A stretch of DNA of 64,000 nt from Eledone cirrhosa (taxonomy: Eukaryota), in assembly GCA_964016885.1 (NCBI GenBank), contig OZ024741.1, forward strand, positions 39,804,001 through 39,868,000, written 5' to 3'. The notes below the pieces were generated by a model. That model was not told where the DNA came from and did no database searches. It worked only from the letters and a program-made list of their open reading frames with translations. Below, piece by piece: positions 16,109-30,234 of the stretch (position 1 is the first letter of the stretch; every line of letters begins with the position of its first letter). The translations under genes and the position numbers were made by a program.

Positions 16109-16174
16109 AGAGAGGAAGAGAGAAAGAAAAGAAGGGTGGGTGAGAGGGAGAGAGAAAGAATGATGATAGATTGA

Positions 16175-16211
<37 letters not shown>

Positions 16212-16317
16212 TTATTTACCCTTCTATCTATTTATCTATCACCGTGTTTTAGTGCCTTAGACAAAAATGCATGAAAACCACTTTCTCAATTTTCATTAAG
16301 AGAATTATGATTGAAAG

Positions 16318-16435
<118 letters not shown>

Positions 16436-16826
16436 CTTGGATAGGTATACAAATAATAGGAAGGTTTCGTGAGAATATATGTGTACATATTTCAATGTAT
16501 GTATGTGTATACCTATCGTTGTATGTGTGAGTGTTGCAATCTTCTTTATTGCAAGCTGGAAAATGAAGAATTAGCCATGCATCTAGAGGTGTCGATAAAA
16601 ACGTGATAGATGTAATGTGCTGTAGTAATGTATATGAATAGATTTGCATAAATATCACACCTTCCAATGACCATTGATGTATATCTTGTACTCAGCGTGT
16701 GTATAGGAAATTGTGTTCATATATGTGTGCGTATGTGCCAGTATCTTTGTGTGTGTGTGTGTGCTTGATTGCCACTATAGATATGATTATGTCTATATGT
16801 TTATGTTTATGTAATTATATATATAA

Positions 16827-16857
<31 letters not shown>

Positions 16858-18138
16858 CACACACATGTGTGTGTGTGTGTGTGTGTATCTATCAGTGTTA
16901 ATGAGAGAAAGAAGGACAGTATCCATCACCATTTTAAAAGCCTCCCAGACAGCTGAGATGTTTGGAATGTGGAATGTATCCGAGAACCAGAGATCTCCGA
17001 ATGAGCTCTGCTAACGCTAACCATGGAGCAGGTGATGGTGTTAAGCCATTAAACAAAGTGATCAACTATGTCTTCCACCCATGTTGGCTACTGCGAAGTT
17101 TGAACTCTCGCTAGAACATCTCGTTCGAGACATTCACGCAGTCCAACGCCATGAAAATATCTGCTCTTTTTATGCTTTCAAGCACAAAATTACCCATCAC
17201 CATCATTCGTACGTCTTTTTCTTTTTGGTACGTCTTTTTTCGTACGTCTTTTCATGTCTCGTACACTACCATTACTTCCCCCACTATCTACAACATCCGC
17301 ACTACAACCACCTCAACCTTTCAACAACAAGAGTATCACTAGTATCATTACCACCAACCGCACTAACACCACTTCTTCCACCACTACCGCCACCAACACC
17401 ATCTCCCTCGCCATCAACATCGCAATCACCACCACCATCACCACCACCATCACCACCACCATCACCACCACCATCACCAACACCATCACCAACACCATCA
17501 CCACTACCACCATCACCACCGCCATCACCACCACCATCTCTGCAAACCACAACCATCCATTCATCCATCATACTTTAGGTTCAGTCTCAGACTGCTAGAC
17601 AAGGTGACACATTGAATGTGTCTGTTGAGACAGTTTGTAAATCTGTCTTGATAGGGCAACAGTTACTCAGTCAAGAGGAGATAACTGGCTGTGGTGGGGA
17701 AAACACGTTAGCTAAACTATCAGTGAAGACGTATGACTTTTTGATACGATAAGATATGCGACCATTGAAACGGGCATTATAACGCAATTGACGTCAGCAT
17801 ATCGGATCAGCGCTTATCCCATTGGATATCAGCGCTTTCACTATACAATATAACTATATATGAACAATAAATAAACAAATAAAATAATATATAATAAATA
17901 AAAACTGAAAATAAATAAAAAGGAAATATAAAAATACGGATTTTTGTTTTTTGGGTTTTTCTGCGTGAATACTCGCGTACTCATACACACAAATATAGTT
18001 GCATATACAGATATATAAATATAGTTGCATACACAGACGCACAAATATAGATGCATACACAGATATATAAATATAAATATAAAGCAGTCTATAGATATAT
18101 TGGTGCGTATAAAAAACATAGACAACGCGCATACATGT

Positions 18139-18173
<35 letters not shown>

Positions 18174-18221
18174 CATATATTTATATATATATATATATAT
18201 ACTTGGGGAGGGTCATATTGT

Positions 18222-18329
<108 letters not shown>

Positions 18330-18399
18330 CATATGCATATATATATATATCATGATATAATATGATATATTTATAAATGATACATGTCTAAATATGGAA

Positions 18400-18950
18400 C
18401 AGCCTTTCCTTCAAGTAAGCTTTCCGAGCGCCAAATACTAGAAGACCACCATATAAGTAGTTGATAGATCATGTTACCTAGGTGACGTAATTAGCAACAT
18501 AAAAAATATTTCAAATTGTAGTAGCCAGTCAGATTTGGTCTCTGTTGGCAATAAAGTGATTTTCTCTATAAATGAACAACAGATAGAGTGATGCTTTTGG
18601 ATAAGGCACAATGTTGCATGGAAGTAAGACAAGGCAGAGGATGTGTGAAGATTGGAAAGAGATGAGGGTTGCTTATTCCACCAAATTCTGTAATATTAGC
18701 GTGCATGAACGACACAGTATATATACTGAGTATATGAAAACTCAAATGTAATGAGCAAGACAAAAGACCTAACGTGTTCAGATATATAAGGCGTATGTAA
18801 AGTTTGCTCAGATGAAGGAAGCAAGCGAGGAGTATTAGGGGCAAATTGGGGAAAACGTGGTCCAAGCACATCCCCAAAAGCTGAATCTCACGGACGAGAA
18901 GACTGTAATATAGGAAAGTGTCGTCCGACCCAAACAAGGATTAAAAGGCA
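18400..18950 (+). mobile_element. Highly decayed RTE-like LINE remnant
   Basis: Fragmentary motifs such as VVDRSCYLGDVIS at ~18457; no intact frame. Confidence 0.35.
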
Positions 18951-19715
18951 GGCGTAACATCAATGAAGAGACGTATTGGTATACGTTCGGGTATGTATAT
19001 ATATATATATATATAACAAGGTTGGCCTCTCAATTGTAGATACAGCTCACACTTCTCATGTGAGTGGACCGGGGCAAAGTGAAATATAATATCTCGCTCA
19101 AAAACACAGCAAACCAACGGGAATCGAAATCATGACCTTACGATCATGAGACGAACATCTTAATCACTGATCCACGCGTCTCCACAAGGCAGCAAATTGT
19201 ATCAATAAGAAACTAACAATAAAAGGAATCTCAAGTCCCCAATACGTTGTATACAAACAATCAAATCCTAGAGTCAGTAAACGCAGCTCAGTAGTTTCTA
19301 CTTGTGCCTCTTTCCATCCTTTCTTTGTGCTTCTCTTTCCGTTCCTTCATTTCACCCCCGCCCTTTCTCTTGTAAATAACTGAAGAAATGGCGTGTGTAG
19401 CCCCTCTTCTCGTCTCATCTTAAAGCCGAGCTTTTAAACACTTCTTTTCCTTTCATTTTCTTTTGGGGGGGGGGGGGATTTTATCTTTTGCGTTTTATAT
19501 TTTTACCTTTTTTCTTTTTTCTCTTCTCGCCATTTGCCCCCCCCCCCCTCATATTCTCTTTGTTTGTTCTGTATTGTCATGTTTGGTAGGAGTGGGGGAG
19601 TCGACTTAAGACGAGGATGTGTTTGGGTTAGTGTTTGGTGAGGTGTGTTTATGTACACCTTATATCTGTGTGAGTGTGTGTGTGTGAGAGTCTGTGTGTG
19701 TGTGATTGTGTGTGC

Positions 19716-19748
<33 letters not shown>

Positions 19749-21869
19749 TGTGTATCTGTGTGAAATTGTCAGGATGGTATGTTGGTTGCTCGGTATGTTG
19801 GTTGGTTGATGGAGGGGGGTTTCTCTTCTGAGGGTGGAGTGGAGGTGTACTTTAGAGTTACTTGATTGGTTAGTTGGAGTTACCGTACTAGTTGCTGTTG
19901 GTGTTGTATAAACGTCGCTCTCACGCGGGAAAAAAATTGCTTCCTTCCTTGAGAAACTGAAACACGCTACAAAGTCCAGGAACCGCTTCATAGAAGGATG
20001 TCGACGTGGGAGTAAGGCGTTGATAGTGGTGATGATGATGGAGATGGTTCTGATATAGTGATGGTGGTGATGATGATGATGATGTTAACGACGAAGACCA
20101 TGACAATCATAATGATGATGATGATGGTCATAATGGAAGTAGTGATGGTGGTGGTGATGATGATGATGATGGTCATAAAGGAAGTAGTGATGGCGGTGGT
20201 AATGATGATGATGGTCATAAAGGAAGTAGTGATGGTAGTGATGATGAGGATAACGATGATGATGATGACCATAATAGAAGTGGTGGTGATGATGATGATG
20301 ATATTAGTAATAACAATGATGATGATAACGATGATGATGATGATAACTGACGAGAACAACGATAATATAATCATAGGATGTCGTAGTGTGATGAAAATGA
20401 TGGTGGTAATTGTGATAGCTGTAGTTTCTAATTTATACACAAGACCAGAAATGTGTAAATAGGGGAACGTTGACCGTATCGAACCCACTACTTGACTGTA
20501 GCATTGTACTTTGTCGACTCCGAAAGAATTTACGACAAATTTGATCCAGGTGGGATTTGAACTCAGAACGTAAAGCGTTGCAAATATCACAAATCATTTT
20601 CCGATGCCATAACAAATCTGCTAATGGTACTCTTGCTGTTTCTTATATTTGAATGTATACTGACGAAGATTGAGAAGACAGAAACAGCATGGAATCTCCT
20701 CGAATGTACTGTACCTGCACTTCAAGGAGCCAACTATACCAAACACTGCTGAATTCCCTAAGTATTACATTAAGGCTGAGAGATGTAAAATTAACAATGA
20801 TCCTACGACAGGCTGGTGTGGTGTTTAGTACTCTTCGGCATTAGTCTCAAGTTGCAATAACCTATCAGGAGCCAACAACACTAACAACAACAATAATACC
20901 TACTTTACATATATATTGCTTTTTGATTTAGGCGCAAGGCAAACGATTTTGTGGGAGGGTAAAGTCTGATACTTTATTTATCGGCCTCATAAGGATGAAA
21001 GGCAAAGCTAATCTCGGCAGCATATGAACATTGATCGTAAATGGACGTAACTCTATGCCGTAAAGCATGTTTTTCGATGCTCCTCTAATACTGCCAATCC
21101 TACTTTACACATATATATATATATATATTTGTCTTATTTCTAGGGATAGCCTTCCCTAAACGAGTGTAGGGTTTTCCAGGCTCCATTGAACATGCTGGAA
21201 TGATTTTCAGCTCGCTTTAAAGCTGCTAAGTAGTAAAGGAAAGATCTTCAGGTTCTGGTTTAAAGTAGATATATATATTAATTTCTGTGATTATAGTGAA
21301 AATGAAATACGCAGTATTTGAATTAATTAATGAAGAATTTAGGACAATTTTCTGAAATTGTCAGTTATATCATTATTGATATATATATCATAAATAAATA
21401 AATATTTCTTATATGAAATTACATTGGAATATTTTAATTAAATAGGGACTCATTAAAACGAATCGTTTCCACTATGGAAATAAAAACGTGTTGGGGTGGA
21501 TGGGTTGTTATAAAATGGGTGACGATAACAGAATAGGAAGAATTCCTTGCAAGTGAGAGGTGTCTAACTTTTCTCCCAACACAGCGAGAAACCAAAGAAT
21601 ATCGATTTACATCAACCACTAACAAAACCAATATGAAATAAACACACATACAAACATGCTTATCATTCGAACACTCTTTTTGGTGTCGAAATAATTGTTA
21701 TTTTCCAATTGATTGGCAACATTATGAATATTCATAAAGTATAAAAATGTTGAATATGTATAACTACATAATTAATATGCATAACTTTAAATTATAAATA
21801 TTCATAACTGCATGATATTAATTGCTCACTGGTTGGAACATTTAACAAACATATCGTTAACCTAAGATA

Positions 21870-21975
<106 letters not shown>

Positions 21976-22062
21976 GTGTGGGTCAGTGTGTGTGTCTGAG
22001 TGTATGTGTGTGTTTATATTTATATATAGATAAATATACATATATATATATATATTTAAATG

Positions 22063-22094
<32 letters not shown>

Positions 22095-22108
22095 TATAAC
22101 TATAACTA

Positions 22109-22164
<56 letters not shown>

Positions 22165-22375
22165 TTAACGTGATATCGTTTAAGGTAATCCAAGTATAGG
22201 TTATGATTACTCTGTATCAAGGATACTTGAAACGTTCGGCGTTGTACGACTCCACAAGAAGTTTCCTTAGTCGGGTGGCCGATTTGAGAGTCATCCTAGG
22301 TACGCGGTTCTTGGAGTAATAATATTAAAGGAGTGAAGAATAACGTGGTCGGCTGTACAATAGGGTTTATTCAAA

Positions 22376-22478
22376 GTATTAACAATTGTTTCATTAGTCC
22401 GGTGTGTCTAAAAGTTCGCAAGATGCTACGTCACTCCATTTTAATTACAGTCGATACCCGACCAAATCATCAGAATAC
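22376..22478 (-). ncRNA. Type I hammerhead motif with a large loop II
   Basis: Reverse complement: gtatt-CTGATGA-tttggtcgggt...accggactaat-GAAA-caattg-TT-aatac; palindromic stem III ACAATTGT. Confidence 0.75.
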
Positions 22479-22586
22479 TGATCTCTGTACATGATACATA
22501 GATCCCCCTCATCATTGCACCCCCCTTCTTATTATTTTTTCATGTATCTATAAATACTAGCGCACTGTATCATGTACACAGTTCAA

Positions 22587-22693
22587 TATTCTGATGATTT
22601 GGTCGGGTATCGACTGTAATTAAAATGGAGTGACGTAGCATCTTGCGAACAGCGACTTTTAGACACACCGGACTAATGAAACAATTGTCAATA
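22587..22693 (+). ncRNA. Type I hammerhead motif (inverted partner of 22376-22478) with GUC site
   Basis: tatt-CTGATGA-tttggtcgggt...accggactaat-GAAA-caattg-TC-aata. Confidence 0.75.
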
Positions 22694-24074
22694 CTTACAA
22701 TAAACCCTATTGTACAACTGACACGTTATTCTTCACTCATTTACTATATATTTATATATATAAATATTATATATATAGAGAGATACATACCTATGGTGGG
22801 CTTCCACACAGTTTCCACCTACCAACAACAGGATGGAATGGGCTAGGGTGTAAGGAGGTTATTGTTCTTAGTTACTATTATATATACCAAAACCGTAGGC
22901 ACCTAATGGATCTCGACACGCAGAATGGATGGCGGCTGACCGGAAACAGTTTGTTTGCTCCGTTTCTATATTTCCGGCAAGTCTCCAATACATATATATA
23001 CGGTATTTATATATATTTATATATATATATATCGGAGACGAGCCGGAAATATATATACATATATAAGTATGCATACGTACACATATATATATATATAAAC
23101 ATATATACGTACGCATACTGAAATTTATGTATCAGCTATGCTAGGGCGAGAAATAAAATTCCAATTATATATATATATATATATATGGGTGTGTTTATGG
23201 GTGTGTTTATGTGTTCTTGTTAGTGTGCTCGAGTGTGTGCGTCTGTGTTTGTGTGTATGAGAAGTGGACTTTCCCAGTTTTTGTAGTTGTTTTTTTCTTC
23301 AGTTTTGCCATCGCATTCTGTCAGCCTGTCCCTCAGAATGAACCAGGCACATCCCCATTTCTCCACATCCCCATTTCTCCACCTCCCCATTTCTCCACCT
23401 CACGTATCAGTCAGTCTAGAATGCATCTGAGAGACAAACTGAGAGACGAACGAGAAATGAAAGTTTAAATTATGCAAATGACGCTTTAGTATTCATGAGA
23501 ATTTCAACCTGAAAATAGACGTTTAAATGGCAATAACGACAACGACAACAACAACGGTAATAGTAACAACAAATAATACAACAATAATAACAACAACAAC
23601 AATAGCAACAACAACGACGACGACAACAACAACAACAGTAGTAACAACAAATAACACAACAATAATAACTGCAAGAACATTAACAACAATAATAACAACA
23701 GTAATAGTAACAACAAATAACAACAATATTAACAGCAACAATATCAACAACAATAATAACAGCAACAATATCAACAACAATAATAACAGCAACAATATCA
23801 ACAACAATAATAACAGCAACAGCAGTTTCAAATATAATTACAATTACAAAATCATCATCATCAACAACAACAAGGCCTATCATGAAACATGAACAACGAT
23901 AACAACAACAACACTTAATCAAAATATAAAAAAAGACACCCACTCACCAACAACAGACACTCTACAACAACAACAACAGCAGTAATAACCATGACGTTGA
24001 TAACAACAACAACAATAACAATAAACACAATAACCACAATGTATCAGCCTCATATAGGGAACACTATTCTAAAT

Positions 24075-24245
24075 AGTTTCTACTTTTGGCACAAAGCCAG
24101 TGATTACTCAGTGCATCACTGGTACTTTATTTTATCGACCTCGTAAGGATGAAAGGCAAAGTTAACCTCGGCGGATTTGCACTCAGAGCGCAAAGGGACA
24201 TAAGTATGCTGCAAAGCATGGTGTCTGACGCTCTACCGATTCTGA
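24075..24245 (-). mobile_element. tRNA-derived SINE family 1 (other minus copies at ~20420-20620, 49425-49590, 56650-56745, 57585-57735; plus copy at 26095-26250)
   Basis: Shared core ctggtactttattttatcgacc..ggatgaaaggcaaagttaacctcggcggatttg. Confidence 0.75.
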
Positions 24246-24863
24246 ATAGTAAAAACTCTACTGGGTCTGATATATATATAACAAACAAAACTGTCACGGC
24301 TGGAATGCCCTTCACGTTTAAGTCTAGTTGATCGAGGTTGATCTGGGGATAAACAACAACAAAGACAACACTAACAATCGCAAAAAGATGCAACGAATGA
24401 GCCTCACTTGTACTGCTAGAAATAGCAGCCACATTTCCCATATATCATATTCCAGTCGAACGACCCACAGTGGTCCTCGTTTCACAATGTATGCAATATG
24501 TATGGGGTGGTAAATTGTAGCCTGTATGTATTCTATCTTCATATCTATGTTAAATGGTAAAGACCTCCTTCGGTCATCAATGACCACGGGATTAGTACCT
24601 ACCAAGGTTTTTGTGGAAGACCAGCAGTCGATCTCCTCCTTCATACCACCGATGTTGTCCAATGGAAAGGCAATGACCGATCCAGCCTAACATCAGGGAC
24701 GTCGCAACTCATTTCTGCAGCTGAGTAAACTGAAGCAACGTAAAATAAAGTGCCTTCTCAAGAATACAACACATCACCCTGTCCGTGAGTCCAACTTACA
24801 AACTCACGATTATGAATCTGACGCTCTAAGTAGTAAGCCACGCGTCTTCATATCTATGAATAT

Positions 24864-24939
<76 letters not shown>

Positions 24940-25420
24940 TTTTTTTTAAATTTATTTATTTATCATTTATTTTATTTTGTTTTGATCTGTTTAGCTTGAT
25001 TTGCATTTTGGCTTAGATGGTTGACGCTTTCTTGACCACTATTTCAGTTTTGTATGATCTCTTAACATATTGTTTAGCTCTGGTTTTTTAACTATCGAGC
25101 GCTTGCCAGTATCATATCTGATTTTTGCGTTTCGTTTCGCCTTTTCTACCCGCCGAAATGCGATTCTCGCTGAATCTATATTTGTGTATATATATATATA
25201 TATATATATATTTCGTTTCTGAATTTGTTTAGCAAGATTCTTTATCTGAAAACGTGTGTTGAAACCGATATTGTTATACTTTGGGAGGGTCATGTTGCCA
25301 ATAAGAAACACACGCACCAGTTTTTTCACTTCAATTTATTATAATAAATTTATAAATTTAGGAATTTATAAATTTCTGGTTGGTTGGTTGGTTCCACAAC
25401 CAGATAGTTGTTTATATATT

Positions 25421-25463
25421 GTCAAAGTTCTTTCGTCACACATTATGTGACCTCTTCAGTGAC
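25421..25463 (-). ncRNA. Minimal type I hammerhead motif
   Basis: Reverse complement: gtca-CTGAAGA-g-gtcaca(taatg)tgtgac-GAAA-gaac-TT-tgac. Confidence 0.8.
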
Positions 25464-25698
25464 TGGGGATTCTTTTCTTTGTTTTTGTGCCTCTCCTTTG
25501 TTCTGTACTACGCCATTTTTTCAGAATGTGTGACGAAAGAACTTTGACAATATATAAACAACTATCTGGTTGTGGAACCAACCAACCAACCAACTAGAAA
25601 TTTATAAATTCCTAAATTTATAAATTTATTATAATAAATTGAAGTGAAAGCAACTGGTGCGTGTGTTTCTTATTGGCAACATGACCCTCCCAAAGTAT

Positions 25699-25735
<37 letters not shown>

Positions 25736-25834
25736 AGGTCGATCGACTTCCATCAAATCGGACCGAGTAAACAATGTTTCCGTTTGTCTTTCCAATTGCT
25801 ATTACTCTCTATCGGTCGCAACTCAAGGTAGAAG

Positions 25835-25952
25835 GGGCAACGTGAAATAAAGTGTTTTGCTCAAGGACATAACGCATCGCCTGGTCCAGGAATCGAACTC
25901 ACAACCTCACGATTGTGAATCCAATTCTCTAGCTACTCAGCCACGCGCCTTC
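25835..25952 (-). mobile_element. tRNA-derived SINE family 2 (other copies at ~19030-19185, 24690-24850, 35750-35840, 55425-55530)
   Basis: gcaacgtgaaataaagtgttttgctcaaggaca..ggaatcgaactcacaacc..gccacgcgccttcac, with a B-box-like GTTCGATTCC on the minus strand. Confidence 0.65.
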
Positions 25953-25980
25953 ACACACACACACATATACTTACACACAC

Positions 25981-26033
<53 letters not shown>

Positions 26034-26939
26034 GCGTGTATGTATGAATGTATGTAAGTATGTAAATAAATACATTATCTATCAATTCATATAAGGGCGG
26101 TGAATTGGCAGTATAGTTACGTCCCTTTACGATCTGAGTTCAAATCCCGCCGAGGTTAACTTTGCTTTTCATCCTTACGGGGTGGATAAAATAAAGTACC
26201 AGTAATGTACTGGGTAATTGCTGGCCTTGTGCCTAAAGTAGAAACAATTATCTATCTATTCATAAATCTATCGATGCGATTAATTGAAAAACACTTCTGC
26301 CTGTATTTTCGGATTCTGTGTCATTGCATCGCACATTTGGCAAGGAGGTGATGTCTGCTATAACATCGGATTGACCCATCGTATGTATATATATGTGTGT
26401 GTAGGGGCGGGGAGGGTCTGTGTCTGTGTTTTTGTGCGTGCGTATTTGTGTGTATTTATATATATATATATATATATCGGTTTAAGTAATTATATATTCG
26501 AAGCCATGCACGGGCTGGAATGGAGTTCACGTTTACTGTTAACGTTTCATTTAGCTAGGTCATAGATCACGTGATATCACCGGTCGCCTAATGTGAAATA
26601 CACAAATGTACATTATCTGAAGAAAAAAGAACCATAATAATAATAATAATAATAGAAAAATAAAATAAATAATAATAGTAATAATGATAATTGTGATGTT
26701 GATAATGCTGGTGGTGATTTCTTTATTGCCTCTAAGGGTTCACATTTAGAAAACATTAGGGCCAGCAAGGAAAGATAGAGGGCGATATAGTACGGGTATT
26801 CTTTCTCGTTTAATAATTTGTTAAATAATTAGAAAGTACCCCAAAATGGGGGAGACTTCCAAGCGCCACTTGTGAAGAAAGGACACAAGGGGCAACAGTC
26901 ATCTTGATTGCTAGAGCAAGTGTCTTCTTCTAGTTGTCT

Positions 26940-27190
26940 TTCTCCAATCTAATGGCGTATAGTGAGAGCAAGCCCGTTCCCTAGGACCATGCTGGCTACT
27001 CACATCCATCTTTCAACGCAATGGCCCGAAGGCAGCACTTACCTCTCATTCCTGATTTTCCTCTGCAAATAAAACTTAATCTGGATCGCACTGAAGTGGA
27101 AAATATTTGTCCTTAACAATTTAAACCATGTCCACCACACAACCTCTTTCGCCATAGCCACCAGACATTAGAAAAGTACCTACAATTCCC
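26940..27190 (-). mobile_element. Decayed LINE 3' fragment (possibly L1/Tx1-like)
   Basis: The minus strand gives broken peptides CLVAMAKEVVWWTW and LQRKIRNER*VLPSGHCVERW. Confidence 0.3.
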
Positions 27191-27661
27191 GACTAAAGGA
27201 TTATGGTGAGGTTATTATCATGTTTGATTCAGCCGAGGGCCAGATCAGTTCTACATTGAGCATCAATTTGATGAAGTTAACTTAACCTTTAATTCCACCT
27301 TACTTATGTATCGCCAGAAACTTCTTCTTTGACGCTAAACACCGTAAGTTGCAGACTGCGCATCAACATGAGATATTTTTCTCTACAAAGCTCAATTACC
27401 AACAACAGAGTTTAAAGAGCAAAGATCAAGTCCAGTCCAGAAACTACAAATATGTGTTTAGAAATGTAGAAAATCTCGATTGCAGGAAACTAGCCCTTAA
27501 CACAACTGTAGAAAAGGGGTATTCTACCTGATTTTCTAAAGCTGTGTTAAAGGGTATTTTCCTGCGTTCAAAATGTTCTACATTTCTAAACATTTCAACT
27601 CACTAGACGCTTCAATGTCTATTTACAAAATATTACACAGACACACAGACACACACACACA

Positions 27662-27788
<127 letters not shown>

Positions 27789-27795
27789 GTATATA

Positions 27796-27894
27796 CGGGG
27801 TGTCCACCCAAAATGTATACATACTTCAACAGCATTCTAATAAATATTGCCTGTTCAGGTAATCATAGTCTGTATACATTTTTGAGACACCCTG
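27796..27894. mobile_element. Small Tc1/mariner-type MITE
   Basis: Imperfect terminal inverted repeats cggggtgtccacccaaaatgtataca / tgtatacatttttgagacaccctg, preceded by TA. Confidence 0.6.
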
Positions 27895-27902
27895 TGTGTG
27901 TG

Positions 27903-28039
<137 letters not shown>

Positions 28040-28082
28040 AATAAATAACAAAGAACGCTTATAGCATATGCATATCTTTACT

Positions 28083-28128
28083 TGCTAACATTGTTTCATC
28101 CACACTATAAGTGGGACTCATCAGAGCA
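28083..28128 (-). ncRNA. Type I hammerhead motif (left arm of a ~195-bp inverted repeat)
   Basis: Exact reverse complement of 28458-28503. Confidence 0.8.
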
Positions 28129-28457
28129 TAAAGGTTAATTACATACCATACAAGCAATAACAAATCCAAGACATTGAAGAATGAAAGGTAATAATAGACG
28201 ATAGAGGATTATCAATGATTTCTCATACGAGATTTTAGGGGGGGTGGGAATATTCTTCAAGGAAATGGGTAAGTATGTCTTTGTTAGCATACTGCCTGAT
28301 AATATACAAGGACGCAAATCCACGTATATCAAAGTTTAAGCTCAACCAGTGGGAGCCGTATGAGAAATCATTGATAATCCTCTATCGTCTATTATTACCT
28401 TTCATTCTTCAATGTCTTGGATTTGTTATTGCTTGTATGGTATGTAATTAACCTTTA

Positions 28458-28503
28458 TGCTCTGATGAGTCCCACTTATAGTGTGGATGAAACAATGTTA
28501 GCA
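28458..28503 (+). ncRNA. Type I hammerhead motif
   Basis: tgct-CTGATGA-gtcccac(ttata)gtgtggat-GAAA-ca(a)tg-TT-agca. Confidence 0.8.
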
Positions 28504-28662
28504 AGTAAAGATATGCATATGCTATAAGCGTTCTTTGTTATTTATTTATTATATTACGGCTCTGTCCTCAGACATTGAGCTAACCTCATACTGCCTGCTG
28601 GATAAGTGGAGTGTTATACACCCCTGATCCTTTCCCTAGCATACTATATATATATATATATA

Positions 28663-28802
<140 letters not shown>

Positions 28803-29108
28803 CTTCTGGAGAAAAACATCCAGATATCACGACAGCATTAAGATAACTGACTTATTTTCTACGATATATTATCTATGTATATCCCTACCAACGCATCCCC
28901 TTTGTTACGGTATTGCTAGGTATATTATGAGTGTATTCAACACCTTCAACGCATAATACTTGTAAATTATAAGCTTTCATTGTTTTAACACTAGAAAAGA
29001 ATAGATACATTCGTTAGCGCCTTCTATTAAATGTCTTGTTCTCGTTCTAAGTGTTCTGAGGGCAATTATTGTTGAAGTTATCGTTGCCTTTTAATATTTT
29101 GCAGTCGA

Positions 29109-30050
29109 TAAGGGTGGTGAATTGGCAGTATCGGTAGAGCGCCGGACACCATGTTTTGCAGCATAGAGTTATGACCCTTTACGCTCTCAGTTCAAATCCC
29201 GCTGAGGTTCACTTTGCCTTTCATCCTTACGGGGTCGATAATATAAAGTACCAGTAAAGCACTGGGTTCGATTTAATTGACTTTCCCCTCTCCCAAAATT
29301 GCTGGCCTTGTGCCTATATAAGAAACCATTATTTTGCGGTTGATAAGGGCGGTGGATTGGCAGTATCGGTAGAGCGTCGGATACCATATTTTGAAGCATA
29401 GAGTTATGACCCTTTACGCTCTCAGTTCAAATCCCGCCGAGGTTCTCTTTGCCTTTCATCCTTAGAGGGTCGATGAAATAAAGCACCAGTAATACATTAG
29501 GGCCAATTTAATCGATTGCCCCTCTCCTTCTACTTAGAGTAGAAATCATTTATTTTGCGGTCGATAAATAAAACAGCAGCCATGGCAGTGGATTGATTGA
29601 ATTGTTAGGCATTTCACGTGCGATCTATAAATTTCAATGTTAACGGTTTCTGATTTAGGCACAAAGCCAACAATATTTGGGGATGGGAAAGTTGATTAAA
29701 TCAATCCCAGTGCATTACTGGTACTTTATTTTATCAATCCTGTAAGGATGAAAGGTAAAGTCAACCTTGGTGGGATTTGAAGTTACAACATAAAGGGACA
29801 TAACTCTATGCTGCTATGTATGCTGTTCGATAATCTACTGATACTGTCAATACAACTGCAATAATAATTGTTTCTACTTTTGGCACAAGGCCAGCAATTA
29901 CCCAGTGCATTACTGGTACTTTATTTTATCGACCCCGTAAGGATGAAAGGCAAAGTTAACCTCGACGGGATTTGAACTCAGAATGTCAAGGGCTCTATGC
30001 GCCAAAGCATGGCGCCCGGCCCTCTACCGATACTGCCAATCCACCGCCCT
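29109..30050. mobile_element. Cluster of four family 1 SINEs: two plus (29109-29335, 29343-29550) and two minus (~29650-29860, 29865-30050)
   Basis: A box TGGCAGTATCGG and B box GTTCAAATCCC in both plus copies; reverse complements in the minus copies. Confidence 0.85.
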
Positions 30051-30194
30051 CCAATTATAATGTTGGTGATAATGATAATGATAATGATGATGGTGATGAT
30101 GATGATTGGTAGGGTTAGGACAACAAGTTGTTGATTATGATGATGATGATAATAATAATGCTGAAGCTAATGGTGATGTTTCTTATGATGATAG

Positions 30195-30234
<40 letters not shown>

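Noticed and set aside
20658-20700. CTGACGA...GAAAC
   Set aside because: No pairing for stems I-III; chance match.
21245-21270. cag|gttctggtttaaag as the next Pitx exon (WFK)
   Set aside because: It is out of frame with the acceptor and continues VD rather than NRRAKW.
29115-29205. tRNA genes suggested by A and B boxes
   Set aside because: No cloverleaf forms; these are SINE heads.
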